A DNA stretch of 63,700 bases, filler included, from Dugesia japonica (taxonomy: Eukaryota), in the NCBI GenBank assembly GCA_001938525.1. It is 4 parts of 4 records of this genome, joined end to end, with 100 filler letters (N's around TTAATTAATTAA, not from the genome) between each part and the next. Parts side by side here need not be neighbours in the genome. Positions count along the whole stretch, not along the records: positions 28,064 to 46,758 come from MQRL01644214.1; positions 46,859 to 63,700 come from MQRL01599911.1; 2 more parts are not named here. One strand, 5' to 3'. How positions within the stretch are numbered: position 1 is the stretch's first letter; every line of letters starts with the position of its first letter. The translations under genes and the position numbers were made by a program. Shown here in pieces: positions 41,699 to 54,390 of the stretch. The notes under the pieces were generated by a model, which was given only the letters and a program-made list of their open reading frames with translations, was not told where the DNA came from and ran no database searches.

Positions 41699-43857
41699 CT
41701 AAATGTAAGAAAATATTAAACTTGATTAAGCTTAGAAATTTCATAATACAATTATTGATAGTGCTCAATGATATCATCTGTTTTTAATTAATCAACTAAA
41801 TAATAATTTATTTACTCTAAATTCAAACTGACCATCGATTTCGGTTTTTTCGAGCTTTGTTTTTATTTCGTGCTTTTAATTAATTGATTATTATTTCTTT
41901 GAGCATTATATCGTTTCTCGTGTTTTATTTATTTTCTTCCTTTAATATTTTATTTTAATAATCGAATCCTTTTTAATTAATTTAATTCTTTTAATACACG
42001 TATTTCTTAGTAATTCAACTTCAGTGTTAGTTATAATTCTCTTTTAATGTTCGTAATTCGTATGGTTTTATTTAATCCCCTTTCTTTACTGATCAATCAA
42101 CAGATTAATTATTTTAATAATAATATAAGTTTTCCTAAACGGATCAGAAATATTTTTATGTTGTTGATTTTACCTTCTTTTATTTTTTAGAACATACAGT
42201 TGTTAATAACTGATAAAAATTTTCTATATTGAATTAAAGTAATATTCACCTAAAAAAATTTATTGTGATAACAAATTAAAATTCAATAATGAATTCAAAT
42301 AAATGAAACGACAAGTCTCAATGACGGAATATTCAGTTATATCTATTTAGACGACATCATCAAATCGACTAGAATAAAAAAGCAAATAAACTGTAATTCA
42401 TGTTGGTATTTATACTATGCTAAAATATCACAACGTAAACACTAAAATTTCTAAAAAATAAAAATGAAATATTTTTCTAAACCAAAATTTATAACATTAA
42501 TAATTTCATGAAAAAAATATTTAATTTTTTAGAAAATATAGAATTTTTTATTTTTTAGAATTGTTTAACAGATAGAATAAAATCATAATATAAATAAATT
42601 TTTAAATTACATTTTTATTTTTAAAACGTTTTTATAAAAATATTTACAAAATTTTATATTAAATAAAATTTATAAAATAACTATTTGTTTTAATGTTTCA
42701 ATTTATCTAATTACATGAAAACATGTTAATTTAAAGTTACTACAAAATTAATAAATTAACATACGCAAAATAGATATAAAATTTTGAAATCAAGTAATCA
42801 AAATAAATACATAATTATATAATTGTAATCACATAATTTGATGATCACNGAAATAGAATATTATCACATTTGTANTGAGGCGATTNGTTAAATCATGATA
42901 ATCATAAGGTTTATACATAATTGGTACTTTTGACTGTTGGATATAATTTGGAGATAAATAGTTGATGGTTTGTTTTAGATTTAATCTGCTGTGTGGATCA
43001 TGATTGTTTTGGTTTGAAATTAAGTAATCATTTGTTGTTGTATTTGAGTTTATGATATGGAATATATTTATATTTAGGGTTTTATTATATTGATATTTGT
43101 AAAGTTTGGGTGATTGCTGGTGACAAAAACAAATCTAACAATTGTTGTCAATGATTAGTGATTGTCTACCTGACAATTGTATCTATTATATACACACAAA
43201 ATGAATTGGCCACTATTGAAATACATGAGCTCATAGTCTTTCTTTGTCAGTGTAGGTTTCGTAGATTTTCTTTATCATTAGTCTTATTTTTCACAAATAA
43301 AATTGTGTTATTCTTTTGTATTTCGGCAAAAGAAATTTTTATTTACATTATTTAAATTTCCAATTACTTTTTGGATTTCATTAAAATAAGAAAAAGCTTC
43401 GATCAAAATAAAATATATTTGTAAAAAGGTTCAAATTTTCGACAATAGTCTTCTTTAAGAACATATTTGGATATCAATTGACGCAGGTTATCATTATAAA
43501 TTTAACTTGATTAGTTATTTTACCATATTGAATGGAATGTTTGCTCTAAAATCTTTGATGTTAAAATGTGAATATTTATTTCCGTTGGAAAGTGGTGTCT
43601 AAAGAAATATTTAAATATTCAAGATAATAAATTTACTGACAATTTTTATTGATAGTTTTTAAATTTTGCCCACACATAATCTAATGTTTGATTATTGATT
43701 ACAAATATTTCCTAAGTAAATTTAATCTTTCATTTGGTATATCTCCAACCGCGATACTTAATTAATTAATAATCAAGATTTGATTCTCACTTATATTTTA
43801 GTAATATACTCATTATTTGCAATTTGGTTGTTTTATTATTAATATTATTATTATTAT

Positions 43858-46700
43858 TATGAAGAAATTGCTACGTATTCTGAATTAAGCAGTGGGTGGA
43901 AGATCAATCATAGTGATTGTCCGTAGAAATCTGAATGCTACCTAAATGAGCAGTTACCATGAGCAGAAGATGCCGATGAAGATCATTAATATTCCGGAGT
44001 TTGAAAGGAGAAACGATTTGTCTATTACAGTATTTAAATATAAAGATTTGGCGGATTATGAAGATGATGCGTTTTTGTATAAGCATTCCCTTGTGGATGT
44101 AATTTTCCGCTAAATAAACCCGAACGGGCGCATTTTCAATTTACATAATTTGGAAAATTAACAAAACTTTCATTACACAGCTGTGGTAAATTTAGACCGT
44201 TTATTAAATTTACAAGATCAGACTCTGAAATACTGAATCCAATGTAAATGGTGTCCTAAATATCTTCACGGATTCGAAACACAATCTACATTTGATAAAC
44301 ACGTAGCTTTATGTTCCATAATCACAGAAAAACCACCTCGTATACAATGTCTGAAGACATGGAATTGCGGTATAAGTACTTTAAAAAAACAATAACACCA
44401 GTGTTTGTTATTTTTGCCGATATTGAAGCGACACTGATCCAAGAAGATGATGGCCGAGTAAAACATGTTCCATCAGCTGTACGGTTTTTGTTAATTCTCA
44501 TATTAAATACTACGAAAAAAAGCAAATATTATTTTTTTTATGGAGAAAATTTTATGGTTGAGTTTCTCCAGTGCATCGATCAATTGACAAAAAATGTGGT
44601 TGCACCATGTTACAAGATAAATATGAGAATGGAAATGAATTTTTCAACATCAGAAAAGGAGGCATATTTAAATAGTACACATTGTTACATGTGTGAGAAG
44701 GAAAATGTAAAACTAGTTCGAGATCATGACCATTTCTCCGGAAAATATCTTGGAGATGCAGGCAATCAGTGCAACTTATCTCGGAAGATCAGAATAGAGT
44801 TTCCAGTGTTATTTCATAACTTTAAGGGTTATGATTCGAATCACATTATCAAACATGCCTTTAATCAGTTCCGTCATTGGAATGTCAAGCTCATTGCACA
44901 GACAACAGAACATTGTCTTGCTAGGTTTGTACATTTTTGTGGAAATATTACAGTGCGAGTAATAGATTCATACCAATTCCTAAGCAGTTCATTGGAGTCA
45001 TTGACTGCAACACTTAAGAAATGTCCATTGAATGCATCAGAATTTCGGGAATATGAACACCAGAGTAAGAGTATATTTCCTTACAAATTCGCAACACCAT
45101 ACCAAATGCTGTTTAATCAAATACGTCTACCTCCACAATGGCTAGAGATAACAGAATCTGAATATGAAATTGCAAAGTTGGCATGGATGGAATCTGAAAG
45201 CAATAATCTGCTGGAGTATATGGTACATTACATGAAGCTAGACATTTATGTGTTAGCTGATGTGTTTGAAATATTTAGAAAACAGACACTTGAAGAGCAT
45301 GGACTTGAGCCGCTTAGATTTGTTTCCTTGCCAGGAATAAGCTGGTCAAGTGCTCTCAAGGCGATGGATAGGCCGTGGAAATTGCTCCAGTATCCAGAAA
45401 TACATCGGCTATTTGAGACGGGAATTTGTGTGGGTATGACATTTGTCAATACTCATTACGTTCAGGCAGATGAGGATACCTCACTGCTTTACATTGATGT
45501 AAATAATTTATATGGNNNNNNNNNNNNNNNNNNNNNNNNATATAAAGATTTTCAATTTGTAGATGATATAAAAGAAACATATCAAAATATATTGAATGAT
45601 TAAAATAATGATAATATTAGATACTTGCTGGAAATTGATCTGGAAATACATATTAAACATCATGATAAGTTGGATCAATTGTCTTTAGCACCAGAACACA
45701 AATGTCCACTGGGGTCTCGAGTAAAGAAGCATTTAGTTACACATGAGCCGAAACATCATTATGTAATTTATTGGAGATTACTTAAATTATATATAAAGCT
45801 AAGAGATCAGGTAACAGCTGTTCACATGATAATCAGATTCCAGGAGACGTTAATTTTCGTTAACTATATCAATGCAAATTCAGAAAAAATCAGCATCGCA
45901 TAAAAAATTTGAAAAGGATTTTTATAAATTGTTGAACAATGCACTCTATGGAAAGACGGTGGAGAATCCGAAGAAAAGAATGAATCTCCGGCTGTAAAAC
46001 AACGAGAAGAAGTTTGTAACTTAAACGAGCAAAGTTACATTCAAGAAAACGGTTAACATTACTGAATGACTGAAAGCTGTTTTGTTGGATAAAGACAATA
46101 TTTTCTTAAATTTTCTGAGTTATATTGGTCAGGTAGTGCTGGATTTAAGCAAACTGAGAATGTAACAGCTTTAATAGGAAGAGTTGGAAGAGTTACGCCA
46201 TCAGTTTAAGTATACAATCGATATTGTTGCTTTTCCTTGCATGCTCTGGGGTGGATAAAAATAAGCTTTTATCAGATATGAAATCATATGGTCTGTTAGA
46301 CACTAGTAATTATCAAAAGAATCATCTACTATATTCGAGTAAAGTAGCCAACAAGATAGGTCTATTTAAAGATTAAAAGCAAGCATAAAACTATACCGAG
46401 TGAAAAGTTTTACGTTCAAAGTGCTACAGCTTTAAGAAAGTAGATGGTAGTGCATCAATGAAGGCAAAGAAAATCAGTTGAAAACAAACTGATATTCAAC
46501 ATTAAAATTACTTGGATCCGTATAATAATGAAAATGGTGTAGCAGAAATTAAAGTCAATCAAAGCAGTTTCCGATCAATCAAACATCAATTATTTACGGT
46601 GGAAAGTAAGAAAATTTCGTTATCATGTCTGGATGACAAACGCTTTTGGAGCAAAAAGAATAAGAGTATGGTCAATAACCTTTTTGAAATTATTAATTAA
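43858..46700 (+). pseudogene. Protein-primed family B DNA polymerase (Polinton/Maverick/adintovirus type) with endonuclease VII-like insert
   Basis: SGW N-terminal motif, exonuclease FADIEA / FHNFKGYD / IDSYQFL, CYMC..VRDHDH..G.YLG..CNL (EndoVII-like), KSIFPY, YIDVNNLY, KLLNNALYGKT, LDTSNY, GLFKD, DDKR. The 3' half is broken by stops and frameshifts, and the YxDTDS motif is not recognisable. Confidence 0.92.
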
Positions 46701-46758
46701 TTAAAAAGTTTAATATATAATCACTGTTTTTTATGAACTGCTGAGCTCTGAATCCAAT

Positions 46759-46858
46759 NNNNNNNNNNNNNNNNNNNNNNNNNNNNNNNNNNNNNNNNNN
46801 NNTTAATTAATTAANNNNNNNNNNNNNNNNNNNNNNNNNNNNNNNNNNNNNNNNNNNN
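46759..46858. other. Artificial 100-nt scaffold spacer
   Basis: 44N-TTAATTAATTAA-44N. Confidence 0.95.
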
Positions 46859-48559
46859 TTATGCCAAATATTTCCGATTACGTATTCAATCAATTTAATC
46901 ATGAATTATATGATTGTTACGTAACTACTTGGAATTACATTTCTTGCTTATATTAATTGAAATAAATGATTTTTTTGTTTAAATTAATCGAAATTAATTA
47001 TTCTTTGTTAAAATAAACAGCAATCGAATATTTTTGTTTCAATTCACGAAAACGTTTTATTTCAACATATTAAACTTTTTATCGATATCATTTTTGATTT
47101 TTTTATATACACTCAACACGTTTAATCCAGATTAATATTAGAATACTTCTCTGAGGAACATTATTATTTGAGTTTACTTGGGGAACATTATTAGAACATA
47201 TACAGAGAGAGCAAAATGAGAAATACAAATATTTATCTCCTTTATTTACANNNNNNNNNNNNNNNNNNNNNNNNNNNNNNNNNNNNNNNNNNNNNNNNNN
47301 TATCTCCTTTATTTACAGTTTGATTGTTTGGTTCCTCGCGGTATCGCTAAATGTTAAAATTAATTCCAAAAAATCCGTCAATTCCTGACGAAGAAAAAGT
47401 CAAAATTTCGAAATATTATCAACAACAAAAAAAAATTGATCGAATCTTTTAATTTAATGAAATCTGTAAAACAATCAATGGTTACTTCCAACAATTATTC
47501 TCGCAATAATCGCAATTGTAAAATAAAATATAATGCTTATTGATTAAATTAACAATATCACAAGTTTCCAACCAAAATTTCTTTATTACTAGCGAATATC
47601 TGGCATGAATTGCAATGCCACTCAAAGAAAGACAGTGTTTGTATTTTAATTCTGTTTATTGAAGGACGTTATCAATATAATTGCAAATAACGTGCGTATT
47701 TGCGGTGATTGAGCANTATATAATTTTAATTCATTTAAAATTAATTTATTACAAAATAAAGATTCACCAATACATTATTAAAATATAATTTATTAGAAAT
47801 GATACAGTAAATTATTATGAGACTTAATGCTACCAAACAATACAGATTATGTTTGAAATGCGTTATTAGTAAGCAAAGAAAGCAGACTAAATAATCAAAA
47901 CCTTCTCATAACTTCACTAATGGTACCTTTCTCAGATATATCACTTTAATTTCTTTAAATGTTTAGCTCGTTCATCATTTCTGTATATCATCTCATACTA
48001 CCTAGCCATTTCATTTACTACAGTGTCGACCATCATAATGAGTTTATCTGCTGTATTTTTTCATCATATTAAGACGGTCTTTCTTATTTGTTTGTCTTGG
48101 TGATCACTACTGTGTTATGTTGTAGCTGAAACCAAATTGAAAGAGGTGACAAGAAAGCCAAGTTAAATGGAAAAGGAGCTTAATTTGTCCGTAGAATTCA
48201 GTTATGGAATAGTAGGCGTGATAACAAAAATCACGATGACAGTCATATTAATATTGAAATATAAAGCAAAACGAGTGTAATATCCGAGACTTCGAATTGA
48301 ACCGGAATTAATAGAATTAAATGCTAAATATTTACACCCACTAAAAGGATTGGTAAGACGAAGGGTTTCTATGGGGAACTGACAAGTATATGAGTTACTG
48401 AGGAGATGAGGAGAGTGAATTTGTAAATAATTTTCCTGAAATGTAATAGTAGGGTTTAAAAACATTTTAAAAAATTTAAGTTTACTCGAAATATAAGAGT
48501 AGATTTAAATTTATTTTTCGTAAAATTGAAGTCCAAAGAAACTGAATATTGCCAAAAAA

Positions 48560-49486
48560 ACTGATGCGCCACTATCTACCTACTCTCACATCCTTCTTTT
48601 TTCACCATGAAGAAAGCGTTTTTCGGTAATTATTCTTTAGACAATGTACAGACAGTTTTTAATTTTACGATCAATGATATCATTTTCAAGTTGAAAAATT
48701 CAAAGCTACGCTCCTAAAGTCAAATTTCTTAAAATGTCAAATATTTCAAACCTGAACCATTTTCTCTGATGACAATGGATATATGAAATGTAGACAATTA
48801 AATTTTCTACCTTTTGCGTATGAGTCTTTTGGGGTCATTTTTCAAAATGGCGGAGATAGACCGCTTTCAAATCTTCAAGGGGTAATATGTGTGCCACTAA
48901 CACACAAATCGAAAATTTGGAGATGACAGAAGTTTTTAAAATTAAATTCTACATCTATATGTTTAAAGTTGAATTTCCTACTACCTTTCCTTCGACGGCT
49001 AGGGGGGAAAGGGGCTGATGCGCCACAACCCTTATATTCGAAACGAAGCACTTTTCGATAGTAGTCCTTTAGGTAATGTATAGGTACTTTTTAATTTTAG
49101 GAAGAATGGAATTAGTCTTGACTCGAAAAATTTAAAAATCTTAAATTTGAAAAATCTGTTTACGTTGACGTGTCACTAAATTTTCAACGCAATAATCAGA
49201 TTTTTCATCACTTTACAATTCTAATTATACCAAATTTTACTTAATTAAAACAAAAATTACGACAAAAATTAAATTTTAAAAAATATTTTAAAAAAAAAAT
49301 AATAAAAAAGATAAAAATAAAAAGTAAAAAAATGTTCAGCCCAAAATTTTCTCTGCCCAGGGGGGGAGGGGTGGGCTGATGCGCCACTATCTACGTAAAA
49401 AAATGTTCAGCCCAAAAAATCTTCAGCCTAAAATTTTCTCTGCCCATGGGGGGAGGGGGTGGGCTGATGCGCCACTACCTACTTAC
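48560..49486. repeat. Non-autonomous DNA-transposon-like repeat with four copies of CTGATGCGCCAC and a tandemly duplicated G-rich terminus
   Basis: Motif at about 48561, 49015, 49376 and 49464; 49326-49396 is repeated at 49397-49481. GCGCCACTATCTACCTACTC resembles the end of the MITE at 11424-11682. Confidence 0.65.
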
Positions 49487-52400
49487 TATTGAGTTATTGT
49501 ATTTTAGCAAAAATAGAACCTAAATAAGAATCACAAAATACTAAAGTGGAAGTCAATATGAATCTGGATGACATCGACTGAGCTATTTTTTAAGAGCCAA
49601 CCCAAATTTATACGCAATTGATAAACCCGACGTTGAACCCGTAAATAGTGCTAGAAAATTTATGGACAGAACACTGTAGACGCATAATGCAGAATTCGAA
49701 CATACTTTCTGAATAGTTACNCCAAACCCGTCAATTAGAATCAAGAAACGTAAAACGAAATATTGAATGTTGGCTATGCCATAAGATTGGTCATACTAAA
49801 GCAAATTGTCCAAGAAAAAAAGTAGTAGAATGTTGGACTTGTCATAAAAAAGACGTATAAGTCGAGTTTGTACAGATAAAAAACCAACAAAATATTTTGG
49901 TTGTGGAAAGTTGGGCCACATTAGAAGGTTATGTCAAAAGGTTAGGTGTAAAAGATGTGGAAATGTGGACATAAAACAGAAGAGTGTTATACAAACTCGA
50001 AAATGAAAAGAACAACCGAGAAATTTGTGAATAATGCAGAGCCAAAAAACCGATATAATCGAATTCATGCAATTGCAGATGAAGAAGTCAATACAAACGA
50101 TGGATATTAGGAAGTATACCAAAGTGATTCAGAAAGGCTGTACCAAAAAGACAGGGTTTAACCAGTAGCGTAGTTAGTTGAAGCCATCCATTCTTAAATG
50201 AAGTGAGTAATTATTTTCAAGGGATCAAAAAGTGGGATAATATCAGGAAACTTACAGAAAAAGTACAGGTTCTTAAAGAGGGAAAGTTTTCCGTATGATA
50301 GAAAAATAGAATAGGTTGGAACAATTTAAGCAGAACAGAAAACAAATATTTTGTACCATAAATTGCAAGAGAGACCAAGTGTTATGATATCAATTTAAGG
50401 AAATAAAGTTGAATGTCTTTTAAACACAGGGGCTCAAATTAACGTTATGAGTTTGAGTTGTTTGAGTAAATTACGAGATCTGCATTTAAAGATGAGTGAT
50501 GAAAGATTGCAGTGTACAAACGATATTACACTTGAAGTTGTTGGAAAAGTTAGAACTGGAGTGACAATTCATGCAAAGACGTTACTTTCTTAGTTGCAGA
50601 AAAAAAGACACCAGATTTGATTAGAGAAGTAGATATGCAGAAGACCTTTGTACAAAAAGTGAACAATAAAACTAATGAAAAAGTCGAAAATCACATTTGT
50701 AATATTGAAGCAAAAGTTGGGAGACAAATTAAAAAGAGAAAGCAAATGACAAGAGTTTTAAGTATTTTAAAGATTAAAGAATAACGGTTATTAAAGATAA
50801 TCAGAAATAAAGAAGAGGTTTTCAAAACGGATAAATGGGATGTAAGACGCACACATCTGATAAAACATAAAATAACTACAAGTGGTGAACCAATCAACGT
50901 TAAACCGTATGGACAACCAATGCATTTAGGAGCTAAAATTGAAGATGCTATCCAGAACGTTGAGAATATCTACTGAGAATAATATTATCCGGAAATACAA
51001 CTCGCCATGAAATACTCCACTGATTTGTATTTAGAAAAAAGAAAAGAAAAACATAAGAATTTGTTTGGATTTCAGGAAATTGAATGCAGTAAAGAAAATA
51101 CAAGCCTTTCCTATAGATAATGTCGATGAAATGCTGGACAAGTTAGGTGGAACAAAATATTTTAGTTCAATAAATTTAGTAAATGCGTATTATCAAGTAG
51201 AACTCGATGTAGAATCTCAAAAACCAGCGTTTTCAACGAAGCATGCACAATCTGGCTTTAAGAAAATGCCATTTAGCATCACAGCGGCATCAGGTACAAT
51301 TTAAGAGATAATGATAATGGTAGGTAAAATTAGGGAAGCCATACTATATATATATATAGTATACGATTGTAAATTTATTCTTAGAATAGATTATAAAGCT
51401 CTAACTTTCATGATGACGACGAAGAAACCAATTACGTCACAATTACAGACATGGATTCATTATCTGAGTAGTCTAGACATGGTTTTTGAATATATAAAAG
51501 GAATTCAACATGTTAATGCAGCTATGTTATCAAGAAAAAGATTTGAAGTATATGTACAATGTCAAATGTCACATGAAGATGCCAAAAAAGGGAAGATTAA
51601 AACAAGAATGCTCAACGTAATTATTAAAGAAAAGAAGGATCAATTAAACATTATCAAGAAAATTCAAATTTTGGATGACAAATTACGTGGAACAATAGAA
51701 GAAGTACACAAATTATTATAATGCAAGAGTTGAGAAGGTGTACGAATATATATAAAGAATTTGTGGAGTCAAATACAGAAGATACTTCATTGTTGTAAAA
51801 TTTTTAAGAGGTCAAAAGTAGTGACAACAGCAACTAAAGAGAAGACAAAAAGATTAATAGCTAACAATTGGTATGAGGTCATATTCACATATATATGTAG
51901 GCCAATGCAGGAAACAAGTGGACGGAAAAATATAAAACTTGGTATAATAGACCAGTTCATTAAATATCTGGTTTTTATAGCACTGTCTAGACAAGACGAA
52001 GAAACAATACGAAAACCTGTTTTTGAGAAGTCCATTTTGAGATTTGGTAGTCCAAGAAAAAATAAGGTTAGATTGTGGGAAAGCCTTTGAATCCAGAGTT
52101 ATGAAAGAGCTTGCACAGAAGTTAGACATTAAACTGTGCTTTACGAGTCTTTATCATCACAATGCAAATAGACAAATTGAAAGACAGTTCAGGACAGTTC
52201 AAGATTTGATTAATTCAACAATTCCGGAAAGAAAGACAACAGATTGGCAGAAAAATACGGAAAGAGTTTTAAAAGTGACTACTAAAAAAGAATTCAAAGT
52301 GGGCAATTTTGTACTTGTTAGGAGTTGAAAAAAAGCCTATTTGTAATTTTAAAAATCATCATTTTTAAATAATTTTAATAAATTGAATATTCATTATTAT

Positions 52401-53580
52401 AGCTAGCAAATTTGTCAACATTTAAATAATTTAGNNNNNNNNNNNNNNNNNNNNNNNNNNNNNNNNNNNNNNNNNNNNNNNNNNNNNNNNNNNNNNNNNN
52501 NNNNNNNNNAAATTATTTTATGGAGATTGAAACTGAACCCAATAACCTAGCGACAGCTAACATGGTGACCACTATCACAGATTTATTAATTAGCAAATTA
52601 TTACCTGAGAGATTATACAGAGGGAATAACCTAGAAGAATTCATTACAGATTGCCAACGATTTTTCAATGTCACAAATACAAATCTGAAGATGCAAAAAA
52701 TTTCGGTAACTACCTTGTAGAATAAAGCATTATTGGAAGAATACAAAACAGCAGAAGCAAAATAGTTTGAAGAAAAGCTCAGAAATGCCTTCCAAAAACC
52801 AAGTTCCTTAATAGAAGATCTGAAAAAGGCTTTAAGTTATGAACAAGGCAACGATTTGGCAGAGATATTCATCGATAAAATCAAAAAATTGACAAAAAAG
52901 TTAATTATTCATAAATGAGACGAAAAAGAAATAGAAAAATGCTTATTAATGCATTGTATTAGAGATAAAGATGTAAAAAAAGAAATAGAAATGCGAGAAT
53001 TAAGAACATCAGAACAAATCAGATCGACAATTAAGAAAGTTGAAAAGGTAAATAAAGCAATTGGTCATATCAATGTTCTCAGAACCTCAACAACAAAGAT
53101 TGTTCGAAGTTATAGAGACGTGGTACAGAAGGGACAGTTGAGAAATGTAAATATGAAAATAAATAAATATAATGAAAATAGACGAGTTCCAGTTTGTTGG
53201 ACTTGTTAAAAACCAGGGCATATAAACATAGATTGCCAAACGAAAAGAAGTATTCAATGCTAGGCATGTAGAGCATTAGGACCCATGCGCAGAAAATGCC
53301 CAACAATTCAGTGTGGAAGATGTCTTTTGCAGGGAAATAAAACAACAGAATCCTCAACAAATTTAGAAAGAAGACAGAAAGCGAGAATAGTTAATAATAT
53401 AAATTATAAGAGACGTGATAATTTCAGAAATCAGAGTAATGAGACTAGAGATTTCATAAACAGAGATCGACAAAGGAACATACAAAATCAAAAAATGATA
53501 GCAGCAATTGGTTTTAATGGAGATACATCAGTAGAAGAACAAAACAATGAACTAACTGGGGAATATAAAGCAGTAGAGTA

Positions 53581-53623
53581 CCCAAAAGGTTGTGCTCCTT
53601 CCAGAGAGGCAATGGTCGGAGCA
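53581..53623 (+). promoter_or_regulatory. Candidate -1 ribosomal frameshift signal at the gag/pol junction
   Basis: C CCA AAA heptamer in the gag frame, 5-nt spacer, TGCTCC..CCA-loop-TGG..GGAGCA hairpin. Equivalent signal at 39083-39041 (-). Confidence 0.65.
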
Positions 53624-53649
53624 ATTTATTAGGTAATTTTGATGACATT

Positions 53650-54390
53650 TTTTTGATAATGACATTGGCTATAATAATGTAAATAAAATAGAGTATTTTA
53701 ATGTAAATAATAGTAATATTAAAAGTTCATCTATTTATAAATTATGTAATATGTATAGCAATAATTTTTGTAATTCTAAATATGATAATTATCTTGTCAA
53801 TAATAATGATGACAACAATAATGAACAAAATAAAACGTTAGATGATAATGAGTATATTGATTGGAGAGTCACAGAAAAGATTTAAGTTTATTAAGAAAGA
53901 TTTTGATGTAAATGAAAATGAAATAATAGAAGGTACAGATGATTATATCGATCAACAAAGTTTAACTATAGATGCAAGGAAACGACCAAGAATAACCTAT
54001 AATAAAATGCAAGACAGACCAAGTATAACGATAAGTATCCAGGGTCGTGAGATGGAGTGTCTATTAGATACAGGTACTCGAGTTAATGTATTATCAAAAA
54101 CAATAGTAGATAAATTANNNNNNNNNNNNNNNNNNNNNNNNNNNNNNNNNNNNNNNNNNNNNNNNNNTTGATAATGACATTGGCTATAATAATGTAAATA
54201 AAATAGAGTATTTTAATGTAAATAATAGTAATATTAAAAGTTCATCTATTTATAAATTATGTAATATGTATAGCAATAATTTTTGTAATTCTAAATATGA
54301 TAATTATCTTGTCAATAATAATGATGACAACAATAATGAACAAAATAAAACGTTAGATGATAATGAGTATATTGATTGGAGAGTCACAGA
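53650..54390. repeat. About 220-bp exact duplication across gaps (53652-53874 vs 54168-54390); assembly overlap
   Basis: Identical sequence; the second copy is bounded by N runs on both sides. Confidence 0.9.
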
